64,000 nucleotides of DNA from contig CATOSZ010000009.1 of the NCBI GenBank assembly GCA_951812805.1, forward strand, positions 120,089 to 184,088. Reading direction: 5' to 3'. A model generated the notes under the pieces. It saw only the letters and a list, made by a program, of their open reading frames with translations. It had not been told where the DNA came from and did not search any database. Below, piece after piece: positions 28,906-39,060 of the stretch. The position numbers were made by a program, and so were the translations under genes. Position 1 is the stretch's first letter, and each line of letters begins with the position of its first letter. The DNA is from an uncultured Alphaproteobacteria bacterium (GTDB taxonomy: Bacteria > Pseudomonadota > Alphaproteobacteria > GCA-2731375).

Positions 28906-31254
28906 TCATGAGGCCGCGCGATCACCCTCCCGCGCCGGCGGTTCGCGGTCCGGAGCTTCGCTCGCGGAATTCGTCCAGAAGGCGATCTTGGCGAACAGTT
29001 CCGCCTGGTCGAAGGGCTTGGCGACATAGTCGTTCATGCCGGCCTGCAAGCAGGTTTCCTGGTCCCCGGACATGGCGTTGGCGGTCATGGCGATGATCGG
29101 CACCTCGGCGAGCGCACCGCCCTGGGCCCGGATGCGCCGTGTCGCCTCGAGCCCGTCGAGCACCGGCATCTGCATATCCATCAGAATCAGGTCGTAGTCC
29201 GCGGTCGCCAGTTTCGCCAACGCGACTTCGCCGTTCTCCGCGATCTCCACCTGGTGACCGGCACGGCCGAGCACCGTGGTGACCAGCAGCTGATTGATGC
29301 GATTGTCTTCGGCCGCCAGCACGCGCAGCGCCCGAGCGGGTGATGTCGTGTCCGTCGGCGCCGGCCCGGGCGCGCGAGGGGCTGCCGGCGGCGCCAGCTT
29401 GGCACGCAGCAGGTCGCGAAACGGCCCGGGCGAAAGCGGCAGATGCAACGGCCTGCCGCCCAGGCCTTCGAAGCCTTCCCGCGGCGCGCCCGGACGGGTC
29501 GCCAGTACCGCGCCCGATGCGGCACCCTCGACCAGTCGGCGCCAGACCTCGTCCCCCGCCGGTGCCAGCGCATCGGACACGACGAGAAGGTCGCATGACG
29601 TCTCCCTTAGGGTGTCGGCGTGATCCACCGAGGACACATGGAAACCCAGACCGGCAAACTGATCGGTGAGCGCGGTGCAGGCGATGCCGGGGGGCGCCAG
29701 CAGAAGCACGTGGAAATCGCGCGCGACTTCCGGCAGGTCGGCGATCCACGATCGTGCCGGGGCGTCCCGGTCGATCGGAACGGTGAACCAGAAGCGGCTA
29801 CCGGCGCCCGGCGTGCTTGCGACGCCGATCTCGCCACCCATGGCCTCGACCAGCCGCTTGCAGATCGCCAATCCCAGCCCGGTCCCGCCGAACCGCCGCG
29901 TCGTCGACGAATCGGCCTGGGTAAAGCGATCGAAAATCCGCGCCTGCGCCTCCGCGCCGATGCCGATGCCGCTGTCCTCGACCTCGAACCGCAAGGCGGG
30001 CCTATCCGAGGCGACACGGGAAATGGAAAGCCGCACACCGCCCGCGTCGGTGAACTTCACTGCGTTCCCCATCAGGTTCAACAGCACCTGGCCGAGCCGC
30101 GCGCCGTCACCGATCAGACGCTCCGGTACGTCCCCATCCAGCACCAGCGCGAGATCGATCCCCTTCGCGAGGCTGGTCGCGGCGAGCGAACCGGCGATCG
30201 AGTCGCAAAGACCGACGAGGTCGACGTCGCTACGTTCCAGGCTGAGCTTGCCGGACTCGATTTTGGAATAGTCGAGGGTGTCGTTGATCACCCCCATCAA
30301 GGTCTTGCCCGCCTCGATCACCGTGTCGACATACTGGCGTTGCGCGGCGTCGAGTTCGGTCCGCGTCAAAAGTTCCGCCATGCCGAGGACCCCGTTCAGC
30401 GGGGTGCGGATCTCGTGGCTCATGGTGGCGAGGAAGTCCGACTTCGCGTGGTTCGCGGCCTCCGCCGCCTCCTTGCTGTCCAACAGCTCGGCCGTGCGCC
30501 GGGCCACGGCGGTTTCGAGATGCGATTGATGCTCCAGGAGGGCCGCATCGCGGGCCGCCACCTCGTCGAGCATGTCGTTGAAACGCTCGACCAGAATGCC
30601 GAGCTCGTCGTCGGCGCGTTTGGTGACGCGGCGCGAATAGTCGCGATCGCGCGAAATTCGGCCCATCGCTTCGGCCAACGCGTGGATCGGCGCCAGGATG
30701 ATCTTCTCGAACCGCATGGAAATCACCAGCGCCAGCACCGCGACGGCCGACAGGATCAGGACCAGGGAAAGCAGAAAGGCGTGAAACCCTCGGTTCACGA
30801 TGGCCAGACTGGCGGTCACTTCCAGGAAACCGACCCGTTCGCCATCCAGGACCACCGGCGCCCAATAGCGCAACGCGCCTTCGGCCCGGGCGAAGCGTGG
30901 CAAGGGTGCGGCCGGGTCCTCGAGCAGCGGCCGGCAATCGCCGGCGATACCCGCCGCCCGGTAGCTGGCGAAGAGCCCGGCACTCGAATCGTAAAGGCAG
31001 GCCTTCGCGATGCTTTCCTCGGCCGTAGCGCTCGCCAGCACTTCGTTGGCCGCATCGGTATCGACGAAGACCAGGGCGGCCGAGGTGTTGGCGGCCATCA
31101 GCCGACCGAAGCTCGCCAGACGATCTTCGGCTTCCGCCCGCGCGGTCCGGTAGCCGTTGACGACCAGCACCAGAGTGACGAGGCCGAGCAGCAAGCCGAG
31201 GAACGCCAGCATCGCCAGGCGGACTTTCCATTTGATCGAAAGGCCCGGGGTCAT
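28906..31254 (-). CDS. Hybrid sensor histidine kinase (periplasmic sensor, HAMP, HisKA, HATPase, degenerate REC, REC)
   Basis: Two TM segments, DELG.L...[35 protein letters not shown]; ATGA overlap with the yfiR-like gene. Confidence 0.92.
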   Translation of the reverse strand: MTPGLSIKWKVRLAMLAFLGLLLGLVTLVLVVNGYRTARAEAEDRLASFGRLMAANTSAALVFVDTDAANEVLASATAEESIAKACLYDSSAGLFASYRAAGIAGDCRPLLEDPAAPLPRFARAEGALRYWAPVVLDGERVGFLEVTASLAIVNRGFHAFLLSLVLILSAVAVLALVISMRFEKIILAPIHALAEAMGRISRDRDYSRRVTKRADDELGILVERFNDMLDEVAARDAALLEHQSHLETAVARRTAELLDSKEAAEAANHAKSDFLATMSHEIRTPLNGVLGMAELLTRTELDAAQRQYVDTVIEAGKTLMGVINDTLDYSKIESGKLSLERSDVDLVGLCDSIAGSLAATSLAKGIDLALVLDGDVPERLIGDGARLGQVLLNLMGNAVKFTDAGGVRLSISRVASDRPALRFEVEDSGIGIGAEAQARIFDRFTQADSSTTRRFGGTGLGLAICKRLVEAMGGEIGVASTPGAGSRFWFTVPIDRDAPARSWIADLPEVARDFHVLLLAPPGIACTALTDQFAGLGFHVSSVDHADTLRETSCDLLVVSDALAPAGDEVWRRLVEGAASGAVLATRPGAPREGFEGLGGRPLHLPLSPGPFRDLLRAKLAPPAAPRAPGPAPTDTTSPARALRVLAAEDNRINQLLVTTVLGRAGHQVEIAENGEVALAKLATADYDLILMDMQMPVLDGLEATRRIRAQGGALAEVPIIAMTANAMSGDQETCLQAGMNDYVAKPFDQAELFAKIAFWTNSASEAPDREPPAREGDRAAS

Positions 31255-31847
31255 TTCCCGCCTCCCTTTGGGACGCTGTCGTGATGGTGAACCACTTCGG
31301 CAAGCCGCATCAGTTTGGAGCTGAACCGGATGCGGGCCGCCGATGCCGCCGCGCTGTTCAAATGAAAGGCGAATTTGTTGCCGCGCTGGACCAGGCCGAT
31401 CATCCCGCCCTCGCGGGCGAAACTACCGCCGTCACCGATCACCAGGACACCACGCAACCGGGCGAGCTTGTGGATATCGACCAGGCCTGCCGCCGTCTGC
31501 CCGGCGACGAACAGCAGGTGACAGCCCGTGACCTGCGTCGGGCCGCTCAGGCGTCGTACCGAGACGGGCTTGCCGTCGATCGACTTGCCCGCGAGACGGT
31601 CCATCGGCAGCCCTTTGCCGCCGGTCAACTGGCAGAACCGCATCTCCCTCGCGCCTGCCGGATCGCTTCGTTCCGGCCATTGCGTGAACTTGGCGAAGTT
31701 GTAGATGAAGGCGACCTTGAGACCGGCAGCATCGATCTCGGCCGCCTGGGCCGCGGCGAGCGGTACGAAGGTCAACAGCAAGGCCAACAACATCCGCCGG
31801 GCCCGAAGGAGCGGCGGCCCCCGCCCGATGCTGCCGGCCCCCGCCAC
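31251..31847 (-). CDS. YfiR/DUF4154 family periplasmic protein
   Basis: [16 protein letters not shown], two Cys, [20 protein letters not shown]. Confidence 0.88.
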   Translation of the reverse strand: MAGAGSIGRGPPLLRARRMLLALLLTFVPLAAAQAAEIDAAGLKVAFIYNFAKFTQWPERSDPAGAREMRFCQLTGGKGLPMDRLAGKSIDGKPVSVRRLSGPTQVTGCHLLFVAGQTAAGLVDIHKLARLRGVLVIGDGGSFAREGGMIGLVQRGNKFAFHLNSAAASAARIRFSSKLMRLAEVVHHHDSVPKGGGK

Positions 31848-33901
31848 TAGAAGCGCACCGTCAGATAACCGTGGATCGAACGTTCCTGGTCGACCGCGCT
31901 GAAGGCGCGGAACGTCGGTGTTGCAAACTCCATTCGCCGCCCGTGCAGCAGCCCGCGCCCGACCAGGCCGAGTTCCAGGTCCTCGCTCGGCCGCCAGGCC
32001 AGCCGCAGATCGAGATCGACATAGTCGTCGACGTCGAGCGAGCGGAGCCGGCCGACGTATTTCAGTTGCGCGTCGAGGGCGAGGTTGGCCGTGATATCCC
32101 AGTGGGAGCGTAGACCGGCCTGATGGCGCGGGCTCGAATCCTCCGGCACCTCGAAGGAGAGCGGCACGGCGCCGGGCCCATCGGCTTCGAGATCGATACG
32201 GAGATAGCTATAGGTCGATTGCAGCCGCCAGGTCGGCACGACCTGCCAGTTGGCGACCAGTTCGAGGCCGTAGCCATGGCCTTCGACGTTGTTGACGAGC
32301 CGGGTCGGCGTCTCGAGGAAGGTAACGCCGTTGATCGTCGTCATCCGCGGTGCCAGAACCTCGCTGCCGCGAATATCGTCGTAGAGGGTATAGAACGCCG
32401 CCAGATCGAGGCCGAAGGTGGGCGACAGCTGGCCACGCCAGCCGGCCTCGAAGGTGATCAGTTCCTCGGAATCGAAGCCGCCGTTCCGATCGATGGTCGC
32501 CAGCACCGGCAGCGGTCCCGGATTGAGCGGCGTGAAGGCCGGGATCACATTGGCGATCAGGTCCGCGTCCTGTTCCGCCTGCGAGGGCGTGCGCACCGCG
32601 CGGGACACGGCACCCCAGAGCGTGCCGCGGCCCGCCGGCGACCAGGCCATGCGCAGGCTCGGCTGGGCCTCGAAGCCGCCGAAGCTGTCATACTCGAGCT
32701 TGCTGCCGACGATGAGGTCGAGCTCGTCGGGCACCAGGGCGATACGATCCTGCAGAAAGGCGCTCAAGGAATAGTCGTAGCGGGGCACGTCGTTGAAATC
32801 GATCTCAGGCGAGCTGTCGACATCGCTCATCGTGCCGCGCACGGCGGCGCCCCAGGTAATGCGCTGCATTCCGCCCCAGTCGAAGGCATGCTGGAAGTCC
32901 ACGTCGAGGGTATGGCGTTCGATCGGAGCGATCGCATTGCCGGCGTTCCAATACTGGTAGTAGCCCTGCAGCGCCATCTCGGAACCAGCCCCGAGCGTAC
33001 GGCTCCACCGGCCATGCAGATGCATCCCGGCCCGGGTCATATCCTGGGACTCGGAACTGAAGAAGCCCGGCGCCGCCGTGTTGAACTGGTTGAACCGCGA
33101 CTCGACCTCGCCCAGGAAGGCCCCGCCGGTCAGCATGATCCGGTCGTCGCCGAAGTCGAGGTCGGCACGCACGCCGAGGTCGAGGTTCTGCCAGTCCCCC
33201 GCCTGCTCGTCGCCGCTCACCGGGTCGGCGCCGCCGTCGCGTGCGAAGCCGCTGGCGTGAACGCTGTAATGGCCGAAGTCGCCGAGCGCGCCGCCGTGGC
33301 GAAGCGTGACGTGGCCCCGCTCTTCGTTGCCGCCGGCCAGACGTGCAAAGCCGCCCTGCACGTCGGCGGCCGTCTTGGTAATGATGTTGATGATGCCGTG
33401 CACGGCGTTGGCGCCCCACAGGCTGGCGCCCGGGCCCCGGATCACTTCGATACGCTCGATGTTGTCCAGCGGTACGTTGTGAATGTCCCAGAGCACGCCC
33501 GAGAACAACGGCGTGTAGACCGAGCGGCCGTCGATCAGCACGAGCAGCTTGTTGGAGAACTGTTCGTTGAATCCCCGGATCGAAATCGCCCAGCTGTTGC
33601 TCTCGACCCGGGCCACCTGGACGCCCGGCGCCATGCGCAGCACGTCGGGGATGCTGGTCGCACCGGAACGGCGAATGTCCTCGGCGTCGATGACATAAAC
33701 GGCGGCGGCGGCGCGCTGCAGCGGCTCACGCTCACGGCTGACCGAGGTGACCTCGACCCGCAGCAGCTCTTCCAGAGAGAGGTCCGTCAGCGTTCCCGGC
33801 TTCTCCTCGGCGGGTACCGCCGTGGCGCCGAGGATCGTCGACAGCAGGGTTACGGCACCGACCAGGCCGAAGCGGCCAAAGACGCCCGATGTGCAGGCCA
33901 T
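31847..33901 (-). CDS. TonB-dependent receptor-like outer-membrane protein
   Basis: LSLEELL..EVTSVS plug, LLVLIDGRSVY, IERIEVIRGPGASLWGANA, terminal Phe; start 33901 or 33967. Confidence 0.92.
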   Translation of the reverse strand: MACTSGVFGRFGLVGAVTLLSTILGATAVPAEEKPGTLTDLSLEELLRVEVTSVSREREPLQRAAAAVYVIDAEDIRRSGATSIPDVLRMAPGVQVARVESNSWAISIRGFNEQFSNKLLVLIDGRSVYTPLFSGVLWDIHNVPLDNIERIEVIRGPGASLWGANAVHGIINIITKTAADVQGGFARLAGGNEERGHVTLRHGGALGDFGHYSVHASGFARDGGADPVSGDEQAGDWQNLDLGVRADLDFGDDRIMLTGGAFLGEVESRFNQFNTAAPGFFSSESQDMTRAGMHLHGRWSRTLGAGSEMALQGYYQYWNAGNAIAPIERHTLDVDFQHAFDWGGMQRITWGAAVRGTMSDVDSSPEIDFNDVPRYDYSLSAFLQDRIALVPDELDLIVGSKLEYDSFGGFEAQPSLRMAWSPAGRGTLWGAVSRAVRTPSQAEQDADLIANVIPAFTPLNPGPLPVLATIDRNGGFDSEELITFEAGWRGQLSPTFGLDLAAFYTLYDDIRGSEVLAPRMTTINGVTFLETPTRLVNNVEGHGYGLELVANWQVVPTWRLQSTYSYLRIDLEADGPGAVPLSFEVPEDSSPRHQAGLRSHWDITANLALDAQLKYVGRLRSLDVDDYVDLDLRLAWRPSEDLELGLVGRGLLHGRRMEFATPTFRAFSAVDQERSIHGYLTVRF

Positions 33902-34011
33902 TGCGCAAACATTCCGTCGTTCGTTCCAACGTCGTGTCGCGCCCCTGGCGAATTCGTCCCGGACCACCCAGGGGTTACACGCGACAACCCGGTGATCCTA
34001 GGGGGCAATTC

Positions 34012-34027
34012 TTAATGTTCGATTAAC
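34012..34027. promoter_or_regulatory. CtrA binding box
   Basis: TTAA-TGTTCGA-TTAAC, an exact TTAA-N7-TTAAC match upstream of the TonB receptor operon. Confidence 0.65.
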
Positions 34028-34062
34028 CCTGATGAAGGGCCGTAAACCATGCGTCGCGCGCC

Positions 34063-34731
34063 TCAGATCACCTCGTCGTCGCGCGCCGTCGTCTCGCCGT
34101 AGCGCGAGAGGATCGCCGGTTTCAGGCCGTCGTAAAGACCGTCGAGCCGGCTCTCGATTTCGCGGTTCGACTTGGCGAACAGGCTGGTGCCTTCCCCGTC
34201 GCTGTCGACGATGAAGGGGCCGAACTTCTCGATTTTGAAGATCCAGATCGCCTGCGCGATGCCGAGGTCGTCCAGCCAGACGGCGTCGACCACCTCGCGG
34301 ATGCCGCGTCCCAGCAGGGCGCCGGTGCCATAGCCGACGGTGGTCAGATAGACCGCGCCGCGGGGCACGAAGATGTCGCGGTAGATTTCCTCCGACATGC
34401 CGCCCTTGCCGATGATCATCTTGGCACTCGATGCCTCGAACCAGCCTTCGATCCATTTGGCGAAGCGGAAGCTGGCGGTCGCCGTCACCGCACCCACGGA
34501 ATAGGAGCCATCCGCGCCGACACTGGCGGCCGGCGAGCAATGGAAATTCACGTTGGAATGGGCGGCGATGTCGACGGGCAAGGCAATGCCGTTCTCGACC
34601 ACCCGCTTGTAGGCCCCTTCCCGCGCCGTATAGACCGCACCGTCGAGGAAGACGATGTCGCCCTGGCGTAGCCCGGCGACATCCTCGTCCGTGATCGGCG
34701 TCGTCAGGCGTACCTCGCGCAGACCGCTCAT
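34063..34731 (-). CDS. Fe-S hydro-lyase (class I fumarase/tartrate dehydratase) beta-type subunit
   Basis: L.TPIT.ED, G.VYTARE, MIIGKGG, FGPFIV..D..G.SL. Confidence 0.85.
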   Translation of the reverse strand: MSGLREVRLTTPITDEDVAGLRQGDIVFLDGAVYTAREGAYKRVVENGIALPVDIAAHSNVNFHCSPAASVGADGSYSVGAVTATASFRFAKWIEGWFEASSAKMIIGKGGMSEEIYRDIFVPRGAVYLTTVGYGTGALLGRGIREVVDAVWLDDLGIAQAIWIFKIEKFGPFIVDSDGEGTSLFAKSNREIESRLDGLYDGLKPAILSRYGETTARDDEVI

Positions 34732-35666
34732 TGGACGCCCTCCCGCCGATAGAACGGGGTGAACCATTGCGGGTCCGTCCGATATTCGACCTCGCCCGAG
34801 GGAAACAGCCTCGCCGTCGCGCGGCGCGAGGAGAGGCAAAAGCTGTGCACGCTCATCGGCATGGCGCCGGTATGGGTAAAGCCGACCTCGATATGGCAAT
34901 CGATCACCATGGAACGGCCGGCATAGCCCATCGGCCCCAGGCCGATCTCGTTGCCGAGCACGGTCAACTCCGCCTCCAGCGCCGCGATTTCCGGGTCCGG
35001 GTTCGGCTCACCAACAATGCGCAGGCAGGCAGCCTCCTTGCCGAGGCGCATGCAGGTGTCCTTGCCGCCGCCAAGCCCGATGCCGACGATCGCCGGCTGG
35101 CAGGCCAGGCCGCGCCGGCCGTGCTGCAGCATCACGTCGAGGAAGAACCGCTTGATGCCGTCGATGCCGTCGCCCGGGAACAGCATGCGGTAGTCGGTAC
35201 CGAAGAGGCCGCCCTTGTGCACCGTGGTGATGTCGAGCCAGTCGCCATCCGGCTCGAAGGCGTATTGGATTTCCGGCGCGTGGATGCCGACGTTGTTGTT
35301 GTGGTCGACCCGGCTCAAAGGATGGACCCGGTTGGGGCGCAGCGGGATCGACTGCGTCGTCTCCGCCGTCGCCCGGCGCAGGGCCGCTTCCAGGGCGACG
35401 AAGCCGCCCTCGACCCGGGCCTCGTTGCCGGCCTTCACGTAATAGCGCGGCAAGCCCGTATCGGCGCACATCGGCCGCTGGTCGTCCTCGGCCGCCTCCC
35501 AGTTCTCCAGCATCGATTGCAGGACGAAGCGGCCGAGCTCGCTCGTCTCCTCCTCGACCATGACCTTGATGCCGTCCTTGTAGTCGCGGGGAATCTGAAT
35601 CGAGGCGCGGCGCATGATCTCCGCCGCCGCGCCCTCGACCCGGTCAATGGCAATGATATCGCTCAT
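34728..35666 (-). CDS. Fe-S hydro-lyase alpha-type subunit
   Basis: PMCADTG, AC.P.IVGIGLGG, GLGPMG..G, H...MP...CLSSRR (three Cys ligands). Confidence 0.87.
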   Translation of the reverse strand: MSDIIAIDRVEGAAAEIMRRASIQIPRDYKDGIKVMVEEETSELGRFVLQSMLENWEAAEDDQRPMCADTGLPRYYVKAGNEARVEGGFVALEAALRRATAETTQSIPLRPNRVHPLSRVDHNNNVGIHAPEIQYAFEPDGDWLDITTVHKGGLFGTDYRMLFPGDGIDGIKRFFLDVMLQHGRRGLACQPAIVGIGLGGGKDTCMRLGKEAACLRIVGEPNPDPEIAALEAELTVLGNEIGLGPMGYAGRSMVIDCHIEVGFTHTGAMPMSVHSFCLSSRRATARLFPSGEVEYRTDPQWFTPFYRREGVQ

Positions 35667-35685
35667 TCTCCACCCTCTCTCTTCG

Positions 35686-37416
35686 TCATTCGGCGACCAT
35701 TTCTTCCGGGATCAGGCTCTCCCCCGGGCGCACCCGCGTGAATGCGACCGGCACGCTCTCGGTTTCGAGGCCGCCCGCCGCCAAGCATACCCGCGTATAG
35801 GCCGACGTCTCCAACGCGCCTTCCTCCGGGAAGTCCTCGCGAAAATGCGCGCCCCGGGAATTCTCCCGTGCCAGTGCCGCGGCGACGATGGCGCCGGAGA
35901 CCTCGAGTTGCGAGTCCAGGTTCAGCCAGTCGTGCCAGGTGAGGTTGAAGGCCGGGTTCTGGTCGCCGAGGCCGCTCGCCTCCAGCCGGCCGCGCAGCTC
36001 GGCCAGGCCGGCCGCCGCCCGCGCCAGGCTGTCCGCGTCGCGGATTATACCCGCCTCGTCCCACATCAGATCCAGCAGGCCGAGGCGGATCTCGTTCAGG
36101 TCGCCGGCCGGCTGGCCGAAGGGGTAGAGCACCCGTTCCGCCGCCGCCGCCAACGCCGCCTCGTCCGTCGCGGTGCGTGCGCCGTCTTCGCCCCGCAGCG
36201 CCGCCGCCATCACCTCGCCGGCGATGCCGCCATAGACCGTGGAATTGGCGACCCCGTTGCCGCCCAGGCGGTTGGAGCCATGCACCCCGCCCGCGTCCTC
36301 GCCCGCGCAATAGAGGCCCGCGAGGCCGGTTTCGCAGTCGAGGCCGACTTCGATGCCGCCCATCATGTAATGCGCCGTCGGCACCACCTCGACCAGGCCG
36401 GCGGCGAGATCGAAGCCGACGTCGGCACAACGCTCGACCATGCCCTTGAACTGCCGGCGCACGTCCGCCGGGTCCAGTGGCTTCATCGAGATGTAGACGC
36501 CGCCCGCCGGCGTGGTGTGGCCCCGGCGTATCTGGTCGTAGATCGCCCGGGAGACGAGATCGCGGGTCGCCCGCTCAGCCCGCGGATCGTAGTCGAGCAT
36601 GAAGCGTTCTTCCGCCCCGTTCAGCAGATGGCCGCCGGAACCACGCAAGCCTTCCTCCAGCACCGTGCCGGTCAGCCGCGTGTCCTCGCCGGCCAGCAGG
36701 CCGGTCGGGTGGAACTGCACCATCTCCATGTCCCGCAGGGGCAAGCCGGCGCGCAACGCCATCGCCATGCCGTCGCAGGCCTTGTCGCCCGACGGCGTGT
36801 GATAGCGGTACATGGTCGGCCCGCCGCCGGTCGCCAGCAGCACTGCGCGGGCCTCGACATAGCGGAGCGCCCCGCTCGCCATCTCGACCAGCAGCACGCC
36901 GGCAATGCGGGCGCCGTCCGCGCTCGGCACGAGGCTTACCGCGCGATGCTCCTCCAGCCGGCGGATCGGGCGGGCCAGCGTCTGTTCCATCAGCCGGTTG
37001 ATGATCTCGATCCCGGTCTGGTCGCCCTTGTGGATGGTGCGGTCGAAGGTCTGCCCGGCGAAGGGCTTGCCATGCACGCTGCCGTCGGGATTGCGGTCGA
37101 AGAAACAGCCGTGCTGGTTTTCCAGCTCCAGCACCCGGGCGGGCGCGCTGGTCACCAGACGCCAGGCCAGGTCCTGGTTCGGCAGCCAGGAGCCGCCGCG
37201 GATGGTGTCCATGAAATGCCGCTCGATCGAGTCGCGCGGATCGATCGCCACGTTGTAGCCGCCCTGCACCATGCGGGTACAACCGCACTTGCCCATCAGC
37301 CCCTTCACCGCGAGCGTGATGTCGAGGGTGGAATCGGCATCGAAGGCATGCAGTGCTGCGAGCAGGCCGGCCCCGCCGGTGCCGAGGATCAGAATATCGG
37401 TCTGCAGCCGTTCCAT
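35686..37416 (-). CDS. SdhA/FrdA/NadB-family flavoprotein
   Basis: GTGGAG, LATGG, QFHPTG, AHYMMGG, HGSNRLGGN, RENSRGAHFREDFP. Confidence 0.9.
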   Translation of the reverse strand: MERLQTDILILGTGGAGLLAALHAFDADSTLDITLAVKGLMGKCGCTRMVQGGYNVAIDPRDSIERHFMDTIRGGSWLPNQDLAWRLVTSAPARVLELENQHGCFFDRNPDGSVHGKPFAGQTFDRTIHKGDQTGIEIINRLMEQTLARPIRRLEEHRAVSLVPSADGARIAGVLLVEMASGALRYVEARAVLLATGGGPTMYRYHTPSGDKACDGMAMALRAGLPLRDMEMVQFHPTGLLAGEDTRLTGTVLEEGLRGSGGHLLNGAEERFMLDYDPRAERATRDLVSRAIYDQIRRGHTTPAGGVYISMKPLDPADVRRQFKGMVERCADVGFDLAAGLVEVVPTAHYMMGGIEVGLDCETGLAGLYCAGEDAGGVHGSNRLGGNGVANSTVYGGIAGEVMAAALRGEDGARTATDEAALAAAAERVLYPFGQPAGDLNEIRLGLLDLMWDEAGIIRDADSLARAAAGLAELRGRLEASGLGDQNPAFNLTWHDWLNLDSQLEVSGAIVAAALARENSRGAHFREDFPEEGALETSAYTRVCLAAGGLETESVPVAFTRVRPGESLIPEEMVAE

Positions 37417-37751
37417 CAGAAGGCCCCCACCAGAAAGAGCAACCCGACGGCAAGCGATAGCCCGCCGCCCGCCGCGATCAAGCGGCCCTGCCAGTCGCGC
37501 CAGGGCAGGAATTCGATCATCAACAGCCGCAGGCCGCCCACTAAATGCAGGGTCAGCAGCACGACCAGCCCTGCTTCGGCGAGCTTGACCAGGGGCGAGT
37601 CCGTCCAGCGCAGGAAGCCGTCGAGCCGGGCTTCGGACTCGATCGCCAAGCCCAGAACCCAGAAATGCGCCGGCAGGAAGAGCGCGAGCAGCACACCACT
37701 CACCCGTTGGGTCAGGCTCGCCCAATAGCCGGCATCCTCGCGCCCGCGCAT
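37416..37751 (-). CDS. SdhC-like cytochrome b membrane anchor
   Basis: QRVSG..L, three TM helices, H...GLR; 1-nt overlaps on both sides. Confidence 0.8.
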   Translation of the reverse strand: MRGREDAGYWASLTQRVSGVLLALFLPAHFWVLGLAIESEARLDGFLRWTDSPLVKLAEAGLVVLLTLHLVGGLRLLMIEFLPWRDWQGRLIAAGGGLSLAVGLLFLVGAF

Positions 37752-38089
37752 CAGAGCACCAGCCCGGCGACGGCCCGCCCGCCCATGACCAGCAGCACCA
37801 GGCCAAGCACGACGCCGATCGCCGTCGCCGGCCCGTTCGAGAGGCGCGCGTGTTCCGCCACGAAGCTGCGCACGCCGAGGCCGGCATGCAAAGCCGCCGC
37901 GGCGACGAAGAGGAAGTAGAAGCCACCCCAGAACACGCTGCCCCGGGTGCGGGCGACGATCTCGGCCGCGTCGAGGCCGCCCTGGACGGCAATGACGATG
38001 GTGACCAGATGGGCGACGATCAGCGGCGCCAGCAGCGCGCCGCTCGCCCGGTGCGCGAGCCACAGCCAGACGTCGAGCCGAGCGCTCAC
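37751..38089 (-). CDS. Second Sdh/Frd-type membrane anchor
   Basis: HRASG, AHL and HAGLGVR; three TM helices; GTGA overlap. Confidence 0.8.
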   Translation of the reverse strand: MSARLDVWLWLAHRASGALLAPLIVAHLVTIVIAVQGGLDAAEIVARTRGSVFWGGFYFLFVAAAALHAGLGVRSFVAEHARLSNGPATAIGVVLGLVLLVMGGRAVAGLVL

Positions 38090-38802
38090 AACTCGCCCTT
38101 GAGGGCGGCGGCGGTGACCCGGCGCTTCAGCCCGGCGATGGCCTCCGTCGGGTTCAGGCCCTTGGGACAATATTGCGCGCAGCGCTGTCGGGTGTGGCAG
38201 GCGAGGCAGCCGCCCTCGGCGACCTGGGCCAGGCGGGCGGGCCCGCCGGCATCGCGCGCGTCGTTCACCAGGGTCCAGGCCCGGTTCAGCGCGGCGGGTC
38301 CGACATAGTCGTCCCGCATCCGCACCACGTCGCAGGCGGCGTAGCAGACCCCGCAGTTGATGCATTCGATCCCGGCGTCGACCGCCCGGCGCGCCGGATC
38401 GTCATGCGTGATAGTGGAGAAGGCCTCGGCCGGCGTCTCGCCCGCCTCGAAGCGGCCGCCGGCCTTGCGCCATTTCTCGAAGAACGGCGTCATGTCGGCC
38501 ACCAGGTCGCGGATCACCGGCAGGTTGGTGAGCGGCGCCAGCGTCACCGCCCCCTTGTCGACGACGTCGGCGACCAGGGTCCGGCAGGTCCAGCGCGGCC
38601 GGCCCGACACCGTCATGGCGCAGGAGCCGCACATGCCGACCCGGCAGGCGAAGCGGTAGGCGAGACTGGGATCGTGGCGGCGCTGCACCTCGGTCACCAG
38701 ATCGAGCACCGTCTGGTCGTGGCGATAGCCGAGCCGGAACTCCTGGAAGTGCCCCTCGGTGCCGCCGCGCCAGATCCGCGCCGTGACCTCGCCGCTTGCC
38801 AT
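38086..38802 (-). CDS. SdhB/FrdB-like iron-sulfur subunit
   Basis: CRVGMCGSC...C [2Fe-2S], CINCGVC...C [4Fe-4S], CHTRQRC...CP [3Fe-4S]. Confidence 0.9.
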   Translation of the reverse strand: MASGEVTARIWRGGTEGHFQEFRLGYRHDQTVLDLVTEVQRRHDPSLAYRFACRVGMCGSCAMTVSGRPRWTCRTLVADVVDKGAVTLAPLTNLPVIRDLVADMTPFFEKWRKAGGRFEAGETPAEAFSTITHDDPARRAVDAGIECINCGVCYAACDVVRMRDDYVGPAALNRAWTLVNDARDAGGPARLAQVAEGGCLACHTRQRCAQYCPKGLNPTEAIAGLKRRVTAAALKGEL

Positions 38803-38990
38803 CACATGCACCGCCGGCAGCGGACCTTGGCGAAGATCTCGTCCCAGTCGCCGTCCGTCGCCGCATAGTCGAGCAGACAGCGCAACGCCTTGGAAGCGTC
38901 GGGGAGCTGATAACGCTCGGCGATGGTTTCCAGCATCTGGTGTGCGTCCGCGTTGACCTCGTAGGCCAGCTTGACTTTGCCGCCCGCCAT
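38802..38990 (-). CDS. Small ribbon-helix-helix-like protein with C-terminal CxxC (62 aa)
   Basis: MAGGKVKLAYEVN...SKALRCLLDYA...RCRRCM; purine-rich RBS; TGATG coupling to the Fe-S gene. Confidence 0.65.
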   Translation of the reverse strand: MAGGKVKLAYEVNADAHQMLETIAERYQLPDASKALRCLLDYAATDGDWDEIFAKVRCRRCM

Positions 38991-39060
38991 CGTCTCTCTT
39001 CCCTCACCGTGACCGGGTTCGGGCGGCACCATAACGCCGTGATCCCGGGCCGACCAGGGG

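Noticed and set aside
35686-38802. Calling these genes sdhABCD or nadB
   Set aside because: Gene order and active-site motifs deviate, and Fe-S and anchor partners argue against NadB, so symbols were withheld.
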